Under the pieces are notes generated by a model. The model was given only the letters and a program-made list of their open reading frames with translations, did not search any database and was not told the DNA's origin. 64,000 bases of DNA from Bacteroidota bacterium. Its GTDB lineage: Bacteria; Bacteroidota; Bacteroidia; Bacteroidales; WCHB1-69. The stretch spans positions 7,189 through 71,188 of the forward strand of contig JAGVVH010000009.1 of the NCBI GenBank assembly GCA_019135895.1, in the 5' to 3' direction. Positions within the stretch are counted from its first letter, which is position 1; the number at the start of each line of letters is the position of its first letter. The position numbers and the translations under genes are program-made. This document shows, piece after piece, positions 9,803 to 20,030 of this stretch.

Positions 9803-10848
9803 CGCTTTGCCCCTCTTTTTGAAGGGATATAATTTCTATAGTAATCAAATCCCAGATTTCCGGTCAGAGAACCATTTACAAGTGAGTCTTCACTGGCATT
9901 TGAAATGTCATACCTTTTAAATGCAACATTCCTTGACGAAAAAATTCCCAAAGCACTTTTATCATTAGAAATGAGGTTAGTAAATTCATTTCTATCCAAC
10001 ACAACTCCACTTGACTGAGTGTTTACATCAAGATATGTAACATAGTCATCCTCTGCAGCCCAAACTTTCATTTCAATACAGTCATTTCCGGCACGGTATC
10101 GGATAACCGAATTGTCAGGTTCAAGATTATTGGCAATCGATGTAAAAATTTGATTGGGTTTGTAGGGTTGAGAAATTTCAGCAGATTGTGACCTGAGTAA
10201 AGAGTTATTAATTTTTCTTGTAATAGATCCTTGTTTCACAATCTCTCCCGATATTTTATCAACTTCAAAATAGTAAAAGGTCTCGTAAATATCATAGGCT
10301 GTAGCATCTGTAGCTTTTTTAAATTTAATAAAGCTTTCTCTGACAATATTTAAATTTAGCGCAGATGCTATGGGGGAAAGGAGCACAAAATCATTAACGA
10401 CAGGGGTTTCGCCTGTAACAACTTTACCTGAATATTTATTTACAATTTTCAATTTATAGATTGCATTTTGATTTAATGTCTCATTGGTATAATAGAGAAT
10501 CTGAAGGGGATACGCAAAATCACCCGGATCTTTAGAGATAACAGTAGTAGTATCTAATGCTATGGTTCTATTTATTTCATCATTTACATACTCCTCTAAT
10601 GTCACATCAATACTATCAATGTATGAAATATTTTCAAGATAAGATGCTACTTCATAAGCATTTCCATCTGTAAGAAAACCTTTGTATATTTTCACATAGT
10701 GAGTACTGTCAGAAGGATTCAACAGACCAAATACAACCGTAATATCTTTATATTCCGCATTCAGATCCAATTCGGGGGTACAACTGCTCAGTAAAATGCT
10801 TATTAATAATCCAAACAACAGTGTTTTTTTTATTTTCATACTTATCAT
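9799..10848 (-). CDS. hypothetical lipoprotein
   Basis: 349 aa with a signal peptide and lipobox (LLSSC). The start could also be the ATG at 10839. It lies immediately downstream of a beta-barrel OMP gene. Confidence 0.55.
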   Translation of the reverse strand: MISMKIKKTLLFGLLISILLSSCTPELDLNAEYKDITVVFGLLNPSDSTHYVKIYKGFLTDGNAYEVASYLENISYIDSIDVTLEEYVNDEINRTIALDTTTVISKDPGDFAYPLQILYYTNETLNQNAIYKLKIVNKYSGKVVTGETPVVNDFVLLSPIASALNLNIVRESFIKFKKATDATAYDIYETFYYFEVDKISGEIVKQGSITRKINNSLLRSQSAEISQPYKPNQIFTSIANNLEPDNSVIRYRAGNDCIEMKVWAAEDDYVTYLDVNTQSSGVVLDRNEFTNLISNDKSALGIFSSRNVAFKRYDISNASEDSLVNGSLTGNLGFDYYRNYIPSKRGAKR

Positions 10849-10862
10849 AAATATTTATAAGT

Positions 10863-11624
10863 TTATTTGGAGGGAATAGTATTATCTCGAACCCATTTTG
10901 GGCCATTTCTTTCTCCTTTTTTGTTTTTCAGATAATTCAGTCTGTATCTTTCATTAAATGAATAAATCAGTCTAACCGTAATGACATTATTATATTGTTT
11001 TCTGTCCCATGTTTGGCCATTTGAAGTGTTGGTAAAAGTTCTGACTCTGATTGGGACAAAAGAGTATTGATAGCGTAAATTCAATTTAAGTCCTTTCCAT
11101 AATCTTATTTTCACATCACCCAAGACACTCCAGTCGCTTGTTCTATAAATATCAGACCTTAGATTCGTTTTAAGATGCCATCCATTTTCAACTTCCTGAA
11201 TATTGACCAATCTTCCCCAGGCAAATCCTGCTCCGAATGCCCAGCCCGTCTTGGGATCTTCATAATGGAAAATTACAGGCACTTCAACATAATTTAGCCG
11301 GAGGCGGTATTTTATTTTGGAATCATAATCAAAGTTATAATCTATATTATTTACATTTGAGTAGACCATTGAATCAACAAGAGATTTCCTAAAAGAGCCT
11401 TTTTGAGAAAATAACAGTTCTACGGTAGCAAACCATTGTTGTTTAGGTTCTAATGCCAACATGACGGAAGCCCCGACGTTGAATCCGAACTTATTATAGC
11501 CATAAACCTCATCTCCATCCACCTGTGTAGCATTCATCCCCAAAATGGCAGAACCGATAAAACGTTGTGAGAAGCCTAAATTAACAGTAAAAAATAGCAG
11601 AAAAATCAGAAAAAACTTTTTCAT
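10863..11624 (-). CDS. outer-membrane beta-barrel protein (OMP_b-brl_2 / PorT-like family)
   Basis: 253 aa with a signal peptide. It has alternating amphipathic beta-strand patterns and aromatic-rich strand ends (RLIYSF). Assigning it to PorT itself is not supported. Confidence 0.6.
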   Translation of the reverse strand: MKKFFLIFLLFFTVNLGFSQRFIGSAILGMNATQVDGDEVYGYNKFGFNVGASVMLALEPKQQWFATVELLFSQKGSFRKSLVDSMVYSNVNNIDYNFDYDSKIKYRLRLNYVEVPVIFHYEDPKTGWAFGAGFAWGRLVNIQEVENGWHLKTNLRSDIYRTSDWSVLGDVKIRLWKGLKLNLRYQYSFVPIRVRTFTNTSNGQTWDRKQYNNVITVRLIYSFNERYRLNYLKNKKGERNGPKWVRDNTIPSK

Positions 11625-11671
11625 TAAGATTGTTTAATATTTACAGGGGGGCAAAGATACATAAATCCTTA

Positions 11672-12112
11672 TTAGTTTACTCTTTTAGATAAAAAAAATT
11701 GTCGTATCATTTCTCCGCACTGATTTTCGAGTACCCCTTTTCTGACTTTAGTTTTAGGATGCAGAATTGAATCTGAAAAAAGAGTATAGCCCTTTTTAGG
11801 ATCAGAGGCACCATAAACAAGTGTTCCCATTTGGGCCCAGGAAATTGCTCCGGCACACATTACACAGGGTTCCAAAGTAACATAAAGTGTACAATCGCAT
11901 AAAAATTTTGCTCCAAGATAATCAGAAGCGGCAGTAATGGCTTGCATTTCAGCATGAGCCGTAACATCATTCAGTGTTTGGGTCAGATTATGCCCACGAG
12001 CAATAATTTTGTCATCCAAAACAATAACAGCCCCGACAGGGATTTCATCTTTTTCCAGGGCTATTTCGGCTTCCTTATAAGCCAATTTCATATAATATTC
12101 ATCGTCATTCAT
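11672..12112 (-). CDS. tadA: tRNA adenosine(34) deaminase
   Basis: 146 aa. Zinc motifs HAEMQAI and PCVMCAGA are present. Confidence 0.9.
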   Translation of the reverse strand: MNDDEYYMKLAYKEAEIALEKDEIPVGAVIVLDDKIIARGHNLTQTLNDVTAHAEMQAITAASDYLGAKFLCDCTLYVTLEPCVMCAGAISWAQMGTLVYGASDPKKGYTLFSDSILHPKTKVRKGVLENQCGEMIRQFFLSKRVN

Positions 12113-12218
12113 GATGAGTGCAAAATTAGCAAAAAATCGTAAAAAGATTTTTAAACCGGAAAATATTAAAATTGGCTATAACTTCTGTTTTTGTTTTCAA
12201 CAAGGTTGTTGGCAGATG

Positions 12219-13463
12219 TTATTGATAAATAATTTTTCTTGTTTGTCGTCCTCTATTTGTCTCAATACTTAGGATGTAAAAATTCTTTTTCTGAAGTTGA
12301 ATAGTATTGTCTTTTCCGCTAAGAATTAGCTGTCCGAGCATATTGTAGATGGTCCATGATATAATCCTATCATCTGTCTGAATGAAGAAATTACCATCAT
12401 TAGAAGGATTAGGGTATATACTTATTTCGGAATCTTTTATAAATTCATTCACCTGTGAGACAGCATTATTTGTCAAATAGACACCATTTCCACCAAGAAA
12501 TAGATAATCAGAGGTTAGATTGTCAAATAATGCAATGCATTTTATTGATGGGTTTATATTATGAACAGATGCAAATGAAACAGTATCCCAACTTTCCCCA
12601 TTATTATTTGAAGCAAAATAATTAACTCTATTTCCATAAAATGCTTCCCCCGAAGCATACAAAGTCCCATGTTTCGATTTTTCGATATCTAGTATGTAGA
12701 GCCCCCATCCCAAAGGATAAGACCAAGTATTTATACCCTGATTCCAATTGGTCCCATTATCATCTGTATACGAAATAACTCCTTCTCCAACTCCGATCCA
12801 TCGATTTCCCACAAACTCCATATCATGTACTGAATTATCACCTCCGAAAAATCCGCTCATGTTAACATTCGAAAAAGTACCAGCGAAATCAGAAGAATGT
12901 TTTATTTCGGGCGAAAAAATCATAGTTTCCCCACCCATAAAAAGTTCATTGCTATGAGCAGGATGTACTTTAATGAAACGAAGTGACGAGTAAGGAATCG
13001 GGCTCCATGTGTTCCCCCCGTTAAAGGTTTTCTTCATGTGAGATAAAGAATAGATTGTATCAATATTATTCCCCGAATAGGCAATATGGTCTAAATATTG
13101 ATAACTATTCTGAAATGAGGTATCAGCAAGAATTAAAGAAAAAGTGTTGCCCCCATTGATAGATTTGTGGATTCGGGTTTTCTTTAAGCTGCCAATTTCA
13201 ACGACTGCAATAAATTTTTGATAATCAGCCGCAACTATTTGAACTACATGGTTCCCTTGTAATCCACAAGGTGTCCAGTTGGTATCAGAAGCATATACAT
13301 TTTTCTTATATATACCATTGTATGTCCCCGCATAAATGGTATCGCCATAAATAAAAAGGTCAGTTGTTTTTGTATTGCCCAAACCAAGATAGTAAGTTTG
13401 TCCCTGCCCTTGCAAGGAAATCAAAATAGAGAATAAAACGGATAAGCATCTAACTATTTTCAT
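12219..13463 (-). CDS. secreted Asp-box (BNR) beta-propeller protein with T9SS type A C-terminal sorting domain
   Basis: Signal peptide, then four Asp-box-like motifs (SINGGNTFS, TFNGGNTWS, TDDNGTNWN, SNNNGESWD). The C-terminus (IYPNPSNDGNFFIQ...YILSIETN...KIIYQ) is typical of Por_Secre_tail. Confidence 0.7.
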   Translation of the reverse strand: MKIVRCLSVLFSILISLQGQGQTYYLGLGNTKTTDLFIYGDTIYAGTYNGIYKKNVYASDTNWTPCGLQGNHVVQIVAADYQKFIAVVEIGSLKKTRIHKSINGGNTFSLILADTSFQNSYQYLDHIAYSGNNIDTIYSLSHMKKTFNGGNTWSPIPYSSLRFIKVHPAHSNELFMGGETMIFSPEIKHSSDFAGTFSNVNMSGFFGGDNSVHDMEFVGNRWIGVGEGVISYTDDNGTNWNQGINTWSYPLGWGLYILDIEKSKHGTLYASGEAFYGNRVNYFASNNNGESWDTVSFASVHNINPSIKCIALFDNLTSDYLFLGGNGVYLTNNAVSQVNEFIKDSEISIYPNPSNDGNFFIQTDDRIISWTIYNMLGQLILSGKDNTIQLQKKNFYILSIETNRGRQTRKIIYQ

Positions 13464-13553
13464 ATTAATTATTATTTATAATTGTTATCAACTTACTTTT
13501 CTCCTTCGTTCTTTCCCAGATTTTTAAGGATTATCCGCTAAAAAAATAGAATA

Positions 13554-15272
13554 TTACTTTTTCTTTTCTTTCACAATCGGTTCAGCTCCAATAACAAAAT
13601 GTTGATTAACTGCTTCTCCAAGAATAATCATATCAATCAAGCCGAAAGGGATTTTTTTTGATAATTTAGGCATTTTAAGAAGAATGATGTTCTCTCCCGG
13701 CAAAAGCAAATAGTCTTTCACATAGGTTTTATCTAAATTGCGCATGGCAGTGGTAACAGTTACAGTTCTTTCACAATTGGAATAAATCTTAACGAAAAAT
13801 TCTTTCTTATTAAAAACGTATGAATCAAAAGCGACGGAAAAAATCTTAGTTCCTTTAGCATCAAATATTTCATGAGATTGAAGCAGCAGATTATATGCTT
13901 TCAGAAAATCAGTCACGCCATAGCCAAGTGCAGAATCAGGAGCAGCGAACTGACTGCCGCTATTACGAACTGCCTCCATAATTTGGTAATTAGATTTATT
14001 GGGAAAAGCCTGCCACAGACAAGTAATCATCCCAGCCATAAGGGGTGATGCAAAAGAAGTTCCCTGAGATATTCCCGTAACACCGGCAACATTGGCAACA
14101 TAAGTATTGAGTCCCACCGCACAGGCATCCGGTTTTATTCTCCCGTCAGCAGTTGGGCCAAAAGAGCTAAAACGAGCTTTATTTCCTTTTACATCAACTG
14201 CCCCGACAGTAATAATGTCTTTAGCATCAGCAGGTGAACCGATATATTTCCATTTTCCGGCACCCTCGTTTCCGGCACTATTACAAATCAACAAGCCTTT
14301 AGAAGCTGCAATAGAAGCTGCTTGAGAGGCGCGGCTGGTATTTCCGTTCAAATCACTATAATTTCTAACCTGCAGAGAATCGTCGAACTTGGTATACCCA
14401 AGAGAGGAATTGACAACATCGCAGCCTAAGCTGTCTGCCCATTCAATCCCGGCTACCCAATTATCCTCTTCAACTTTGTTTTCACTTCTACCATCTTCAG
14501 TTTTTGCCAAATAGACACAAACCTGAGGAGCTGTACCCACCAAATCGCCGGGAATATGAGAGGCAATACAAGAAAGAACATTAGTCCCATGACCTTCTTT
14601 CAGGAAAGGATTTTTCCCGGGTTGAACAAAATTTCGCACAAGCAGCAGACGTCCTTCTTCTCTTAATGTCTTAAAATGAGGAATATTATCCATATTTTTG
14701 AAGCCGCCATCCATCACCATCAAGGTCATTCCGTCACCGCAATAGCCCATTCTATGAAGCCAGTGAATATTATTAAGTCTGATTTGTCCCAACGATTTAC
14801 CGTAGTCAATATCCTTTTCTTTGAAAGAAATTTTTGAACATAAGGGAGTGGTCTGATTAGTATATTGAAAATAATCACTCCCAATTTCCTCAGGACTTTT
14901 CATTGTAATGGTCTTTTCACAAAAAACCACAAATGGCAACTTACTAATTTCTTCCATAATATTCTCTTTCTGAGAATAAACAGTAATACCATTAAGCCAT
15001 TTACTTTTAGAAAAAAGCATCATTCCCGAATCTAGCTCCATAACTTTCTCAATGTAATAGGCAGAGACAGGAATATCATTTTCGGTAACAGCAATATTAA
15101 ATTTAGCTCTTTTTTCAATAGCTTTAGGGGATAAAAATTCCTGAGGTTTAAGAATTGAATAATCGCTATATTGCTTGTCTTGAAATTGCACCCAATATTT
15201 AGCAGGCGATTGTGAGAACAGAGAGGCTGCAATGAATAAAAGCAAAAAAAGCAGAAAAGGATTTTTTTTCAT
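13554..15272 (-). CDS. S8-family (subtilisin-like) serine peptidase
   Basis: 572 aa with a signal peptide. The catalytic triad contexts are VMDGGF (Asp), HGTNVLS (His) and GTSFASPLMAG (Ser). A C-terminal ~100-aa extra domain is present. Confidence 0.85.
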   Translation of the reverse strand: MKKNPFLLFLLLFIAASLFSQSPAKYWVQFQDKQYSDYSILKPQEFLSPKAIEKRAKFNIAVTENDIPVSAYYIEKVMELDSGMMLFSKSKWLNGITVYSQKENIMEEISKLPFVVFCEKTITMKSPEEIGSDYFQYTNQTTPLCSKISFKEKDIDYGKSLGQIRLNNIHWLHRMGYCGDGMTLMVMDGGFKNMDNIPHFKTLREEGRLLLVRNFVQPGKNPFLKEGHGTNVLSCIASHIPGDLVGTAPQVCVYLAKTEDGRSENKVEEDNWVAGIEWADSLGCDVVNSSLGYTKFDDSLQVRNYSDLNGNTSRASQAASIAASKGLLICNSAGNEGAGKWKYIGSPADAKDIITVGAVDVKGNKARFSSFGPTADGRIKPDACAVGLNTYVANVAGVTGISQGTSFASPLMAGMITCLWQAFPNKSNYQIMEAVRNSGSQFAAPDSALGYGVTDFLKAYNLLLQSHEIFDAKGTKIFSVAFDSYVFNKKEFFVKIYSNCERTVTVTTAMRNLDKTYVKDYLLLPGENIILLKMPKLSKKIPFGLIDMIILGEAVNQHFVIGAEPIVKEKKK

Positions 15273-15302
15273 AATTATATTTTAGTAAAATAGGAATAAA
15301 CT

Positions 15303-17525
15303 TTATCTGATAAGAGCGAAAGCTCCGATATATTCTTTAAGATCCCCATTTAAAGTTAACGTTTTAATCACATAAACGTATTCACCCAGCGGACAGGGAG
15401 TGCCATTTTTAGCCCGACCATCCCAAGTGTCACCGGGTATTCTGGTTACAAAAACAATTTCGCCGAATCTGTTATAAATAATCATTTCAAAATTATTGGG
15501 ATCGATCCCTTCCCCTTTCACTGAGAAATAATCGTTAATGCCATCGTTGTTAGGAGTAAAAGAGTTGGGCACATAGAAAAAATAGGGAGCTTCAACCATC
15601 ACCAATTTTTTTACAGAATCGATACAATTATGAGGAGAAGTGACAGTTTGCGTAATAAAATAAGTACCCGGTTTTGTATATCCATGTGTTGGAGATTCGA
15701 GGGTGGAGTAATTGTCTATTGAAAAGTTATCTCCAAAATTCCAAAACCAACTAATGGCATCAGTAGCATTATTATAAAAAGTGATAACACCTTGACCATT
15801 TTCAATATAAACATGATTATTATCAGGGATAAAATCTGCAATCGGATTTGCCAATACGGTTCCTGTTGTTGTACCGGTACATCCGTTAGGGTCAGTCACA
15901 GTAACGGTATAATTTGTAATAGCATCGACCCCTCGGGATATGTAAGAAGTTGTTTCACCGGTATTCCAGTGAAAAGTATAGCCGGATTCATTTGGATAGA
16001 CTTGAAGTGGAGTATTAGGACAAACGGAATCAGGCTGAATATAGGGGACAGGATTAGGATTAAGAAAAACATGAATACTATCTTTAGATGCTTCACATCC
16101 ATACATAGAAGTGGCATATACTGAATAATAATTTGTATCTGAATCGGCAGTAACATGAAGTGTTGAAGAAGATTGGGTAACACCAGGAGTGACAACCCAA
16201 ACAAAAGTGCTATTTTCTCCGTCAATAGCTGTATCGGAAGCAACAAAAGTGGCCTCACTTCCGAGACAAACAGGTTCATTCAAAACATCAATACGAGGTT
16301 TAGGATATACTAAAATTTCATTTGAAGAGGGGGGGCCGGCAACTGCTCCCTGGTAGACCACCAAGGTATAGATTCCGCTATTGGCAAGGGTTGCATTAGG
16401 AATGGAAATAGTGGTGGCAGTTCCGCGATAATGATACCCATTTGGGCCGGTAATATCATATTCGGCTCCGGGAGTAGGACTTTGGATAGTAATCGTAATA
16501 TCCTGCCCTTCACACACCGGAGTAGCGGCAAAGGGAGAAGTAATAGAGCAATCTGTAAGAGCAGTGGAACTACTTTGTAAGTTAAAAGAAATTGTAGCAG
16601 GTTGCCCACTATAATTTGTCAATAATAAAATATACCACTTACCTTCCACAACCCCGGGCATCGTACAATTTTCAATTGCGGCAGCACTAAAGCTACAGTC
16701 TATCATATTGCCTCCATTAGTAGTTAGATTGGAAGAAAGTGTATAATAACCGCAGCATAGCAGATCAACAAAATCATGTTGATTGGGGGCATCAAAAGGA
16801 CCCCAGCAGGCAAAATCAACATCACGACCAATACCATTTGCATCAGTTTGTTCAATATAAAAGTTAAGATTCCCTGACTGACTAACTTTCATATAATACC
16901 AAGCGGGATTCGGAAAAGAGCCGAGACAGCCAATAGAGGAAACACCTCCCAAAAAAGCAATAGCTCCGGCAGAACTCATTCCACCAGGATCGACCGAACT
17001 TGCAGGATAGACAACAGCAGCATAGGGATTATTACCTGTGCAAAAAGGAGTAGCCGGTGTTTGGGTAGAACAAGGAGAACCACTAACGGTTGAACGCGCC
17101 ACACAGGAAACACACTGAACATTGGCTTCCCAACCACTGCTAACACCCGAGGCATTAGAAACAAATCTCAGTGTCAGATAGTTGCTGGTAGACAAAACAG
17201 AAGTACCCGGATTATTCATCGATAAGACAGCCAATAGATGATTAACATCTACTCCGTTTGCGTCATAAATATACAAAAAATCACCTGTTCCTAAAGAGAA
17301 CGAATTAAAAATCATAAAAATTCTGCCCCCATTGTCAGAACTAATTGTTTGAACATAATCCAGATTGACATCATAGTTAGAGGCGCCACCGGGATCCCGA
17401 TAAGTAAAGCCACATCTTGTAATAGGAATATCATGCTCCATATTATATATAACTTGAGCAATCAATTTATCAGGAGTAATAAAAATAAATAAACAAAAAA
17501 ATGAAATAACAAAAAATCTCTTCAT
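15303..17525 (-). CDS. large secreted protein: CUB-like domain, Ig/PKD-like repeats, T9SS type B (gliding-motility-associated) C-terminal domain
   Basis: 740 aa with a signal peptide. N-terminal CUB-like stretch (YRDPGG...FLYIYD...LTLRFVS...GWEANV), a PKD signature (WNFGD...HGYTKPGTYFITQTV), and the C-terminal motif VPNSFTPNNDGINDYF...G.YVY. Confidence 0.75.
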   Translation of the reverse strand: MKRFFVISFFCLFIFITPDKLIAQVIYNMEHDIPITRCGFTYRDPGGASNYDVNLDYVQTISSDNGGRIFMIFNSFSLGTGDFLYIYDANGVDVNHLLAVLSMNNPGTSVLSTSNYLTLRFVSNASGVSSGWEANVQCVSCVARSTVSGSPCSTQTPATPFCTGNNPYAAVVYPASSVDPGGMSSAGAIAFLGGVSSIGCLGSFPNPAWYYMKVSQSGNLNFYIEQTDANGIGRDVDFACWGPFDAPNQHDFVDLLCCGYYTLSSNLTTNGGNMIDCSFSAAAIENCTMPGVVEGKWYILLLTNYSGQPATISFNLQSSSTALTDCSITSPFAATPVCEGQDITITIQSPTPGAEYDITGPNGYHYRGTATTISIPNATLANSGIYTLVVYQGAVAGPPSSNEILVYPKPRIDVLNEPVCLGSEATFVASDTAIDGENSTFVWVVTPGVTQSSSTLHVTADSDTNYYSVYATSMYGCEASKDSIHVFLNPNPVPYIQPDSVCPNTPLQVYPNESGYTFHWNTGETTSYISRGVDAITNYTVTVTDPNGCTGTTTGTVLANPIADFIPDNNHVYIENGQGVITFYNNATDAISWFWNFGDNFSIDNYSTLESPTHGYTKPGTYFITQTVTSPHNCIDSVKKLVMVEAPYFFYVPNSFTPNNDGINDYFSVKGEGIDPNNFEMIIYNRFGEIVFVTRIPGDTWDGRAKNGTPCPLGEYVYVIKTLTLNGDLKEYIGAFALIR

Positions 17526-17558
17526 AATAATGTAACAATCAAGTTATCAATAAAAATG

Positions 17559-17566
17559 CAAAAGTA
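17559..17566 (-). promoter_or_regulatory. -7 element (TAnnTTTG) for the T9SS type B cargo gene
   Basis: The plus strand reads CAAAAGTA, which is TACTTTTG on the minus strand, 34 nt upstream of the start at 17525. Confidence 0.5.
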
Positions 17567-17632
17567 AATAAAAAAACAGTTTTAAAGACGCCATTTATTT
17601 ATTTTTGTTGCCACAAAAATAAAATATTCTTT

Positions 17633-17640
17633 TACATTTG
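17633..17640 (+). promoter_or_regulatory. -7 element for pfk
   Basis: TACATTTG, 22 nt upstream of the ATG at 17662. Confidence 0.55.
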
Positions 17641-17661
17641 CATTCAAAAAAGATTCACAAA

Positions 17662-18768
17662 ATGGGAAAGAAAATATTGATTGCCACAGGTGGTGGTGAT
17701 TGCCCCGGATTAAATGCCGTTATCAGAGGAATTGTCAAAAGAGCCTATCTTGAAGGTGGCTGGGAAGTATTTGGCTGTATAGAATCCTTTAATGGTATTC
17801 TTAAGGATAATATTGAGCTGATGGAACTAACTGATAAAAATGTATCAGGGTTGCATGTCAAAGGAGGAACCGTAATCAAAACAACCAATAAAGGAGGACC
17901 CTTTCATTTTCCGGTTAAGCAGCCTGATGGAAGCTGGCTAATGGAAGACCGATCCGAACTGATGAAAAAGAGACTTGAAAATATGGGATTTGATGCGGTA
18001 ATCAATATCGGAGGTGACGGTTCTCAAAAAATATCCCTTGACTTGTCAAAAATTGGCATCAACGTGGTTGGAGTTCCCAAAACCATCGACAATGATCTTT
18101 CATGTACCGACTTTACTTTCGGGTTTCAGACAGCCGTACAAATTGCTACAGAGGCTTTTGATAAGTTAGTCACCACTGCCGAAAGTCATAACAGAGTTTT
18201 CATCATGGAAGTAATGGGACGGGATGCCGGATGGATAGCCCTCCACTCTGCGTTGGCAGGCGGGGCAGACGTCTGTGTTATTCCAGAAATCCCCTACGAT
18301 CCTGTTAAAATTGCCGAAAAAATTGAAACTCGCTATAAAAACGGTGAAGGTTTCTGCAATATCGTCATTTCTGAAGGGGCAAAGGCACTAGATGGCATTC
18401 AGACAGGCAATTGTCCAACCGAAATAGGTGATCAACATTTTAAGCTGGGTGGTGTTGGCGAAAAACTCAAACAGGAACTTCTTTCTTTAGGGGTAGAACA
18501 TGATATAAGGGTAACTGTTTTAGGACATCTCCAGCGTGGAGGAATTCCGTTGGCTTACGATAGAATTTTAGCAACTCAGTTTGGGGTTAAGGCATTTGAA
18601 CTGGTAAAAGAGAAAAAATATGGGAATCTCGTTGTTTACAGACATCCTGACATCTCCTATGTATCACTTGAAAAGGCTTTAGAAGAGTCTCATCTTGTTT
18701 CTCCAAACGAGAGTTATTTGGTTAAAGCAGCAAGAGGAATAGGTATTTCCTTCGGTGATAACATATAA
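17662..18768 (+). CDS. pfkA: 6-phosphofructokinase
   Basis: GGGDCPGLNAVIRG, IGGDGS, PKTIDND and MGRDAGWIA motifs. I chose the ATG at 17662 rather than the TTG at 17638. The phosphoryl donor (ATP versus PPi) was not resolved. Confidence 0.85.
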   Translation: MGKKILIATGGGDCPGLNAVIRGIVKRAYLEGGWEVFGCIESFNGILKDNIELMELTDKNVSGLHVKGGTVIKTTNKGGPFHFPVKQPDGSWLMEDRSELMKKRLENMGFDAVINIGGDGSQKISLDLSKIGINVVGVPKTIDNDLSCTDFTFGFQTAVQIATEAFDKLVTTAESHNRVFIMEVMGRDAGWIALHSALAGGADVCVIPEIPYDPVKIAEKIETRYKNGEGFCNIVISEGAKALDGIQTGNCPTEIGDQHFKLGGVGEKLKQELLSLGVEHDIRVTVLGHLQRGGIPLAYDRILATQFGVKAFELVKEKKYGNLVVYRHPDISYVSLEKALEESHLVSPNESYLVKAARGIGISFGDNI

Positions 18769-18840
18769 AATTGAACTATTTATTTGTATAATTGTTCCTA
18801 TCATATAAAAAATAAAATCACTAATTTTAAACACAATATT

Positions 18841-19359
18841 ATGATACACGAAAGAATGCAAAATGAGATCAATGACCAAATCAATGCTGAATTTTGGTCT
18901 GCCTACCTTTACCTGAGCATGTCAGCTTGGTTTACCCAACAAAATCTGCCGGGCTTTGCCAATTGGATGTATGTTCAATATCAGGAAGAGCAAACCCATG
19001 CCATAAAGATGTACAGGTTTATCTTGAGTCGTGGCGGTGAAGTGAACCTTAAGCCCATCGATAAGGTGGACACCAAATGGAATTCTCCGGCACATGCTTT
19101 CGAAGAAACTCTTAAACACGAAAGAATTGTCACTTCCCTCATCAACAAACTTATGGATACTGCTACTGAATTGAAAGATTATGCAACTCAGAGTTTCCTT
19201 AAATGGTACATTGATGAACAGGTAGAAGAAGAAGCCAATGCAGATGAGATCCTACAAGCATTAAAAGCAATTGAAAATTCGCCTGCAGGCATGAGAATGT
19301 ATGACAAAGAACTTGCCGCCAGGGTATTTGTTGATGCAACTTTGCCGGCAGCAAATTAA
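18841..19359 (+). CDS. ftnA: ferritin (non-haem)
   Basis: Four-helix-bundle ferroxidase residues (NAEFWSAYLY, QEEQTHA, EE..H). I chose the ATG at 18841 (MIHERMQNEIN). Confidence 0.85.
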   Translation: MIHERMQNEINDQINAEFWSAYLYLSMSAWFTQQNLPGFANWMYVQYQEEQTHAIKMYRFILSRGGEVNLKPIDKVDTKWNSPAHAFEETLKHERIVTSLINKLMDTATELKDYATQSFLKWYIDEQVEEEANADEILQALKAIENSPAGMRMYDKELAARVFVDATLPAAN

Positions 19360-19375
19360 AGATAAATACTTTCAA

Positions 19376-19407
19376 TAAAAAAAGAGACTTTAAAAGTCTC
19401 TTTTTTT
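19376..19407. terminator. bidirectional terminator between ferritin (+) and lipoprotein (-) genes
   Basis: Perfect 10-bp stem AAAGAGACTT / AAGTCTCTTT (19381-19390 and 19394-19403) with loop TAA. An A-run lies on the left and a T-run on the right. Confidence 0.75.
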
Positions 19408-19410
19408 ATT

Positions 19411-19857
19411 TCAATTGGTTGTGTGAGATCGACTATAGAACTCGAGTCTCCATATATTCCCGTCTTCATCTTCATATTCATACTTCAATTCTCGCATTGA
19501 CAACTTAATAATATCAGCAGTATAGACATAGTGATGATTTTTAAGCACAAAATCAATATTTAACTGTTTATATTTATTTTGGAAGCCCCAGGATCCCCTG
19601 ACAGATTCCGTAAGTACACCATCAATATATGCAGTTACCGCAAACGGACCATCATAAAAGAATGCATAATAGTTTCCGACCGCATTTGCATATAGTTCAA
19701 CTGAATCAATGGCTACTTCATTTTTAAAAACATTTTGCAAAGACCAATATCCTATAATTCTGTATTCAGGAGAATGAAAACTAAATGAAGGTTCCTCATA
19801 CCTGCAGGCATTGAGAAAAATAACTGCAAGAAGCAATATTGGAAATATTTTTTTCAT
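19411..19857 (-). CDS. hypothetical lipoprotein
   Basis: 148 aa with a signal peptide and lipobox (FLNAC). No recognisable catalytic motif. Confidence 0.5.
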   Translation of the reverse strand: MKKIFPILLLAVIFLNACRYEEPSFSFHSPEYRIIGYWSLQNVFKNEVAIDSVELYANAVGNYYAFFYDGPFAVTAYIDGVLTESVRGSWGFQNKYKQLNIDFVLKNHHYVYTADIIKLSMRELKYEYEDEDGNIWRLEFYSRSHTTN

Positions 19858-20001
19858 ACTATAAATATTTTATGGAGCAAAAATAGTAAAATAAATTAAT
19901 TATTCATTCTTCCAATATCAATTGATAGAAAAGGAAAAATGTTCCTTAATGAAAAAAACATATTAAAAAATCAAAATCTATTGCTTTTTCACATTTTGTG
20001 T

Positions 20002-20009
20002 TATTTTTG
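20002..20009 (+). promoter_or_regulatory. -7 element for mnmE
   Basis: TATTTTTG, 22 nt upstream of the ATG at 20031. Confidence 0.5.
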
Positions 20010-20030
20010 CCTAAATAAAATTCCACAGTC

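Noticed and set aside
18788-18804. A Fur-box-like AT-rich sequence (ATAATTGTTCCTATCAT) upstream of the ferritin gene
   Set aside because: It shows only partial resemblance to the 19-bp Fur consensus and weak dyad symmetry. It cannot be distinguished from background AT-rich sequence by eye.
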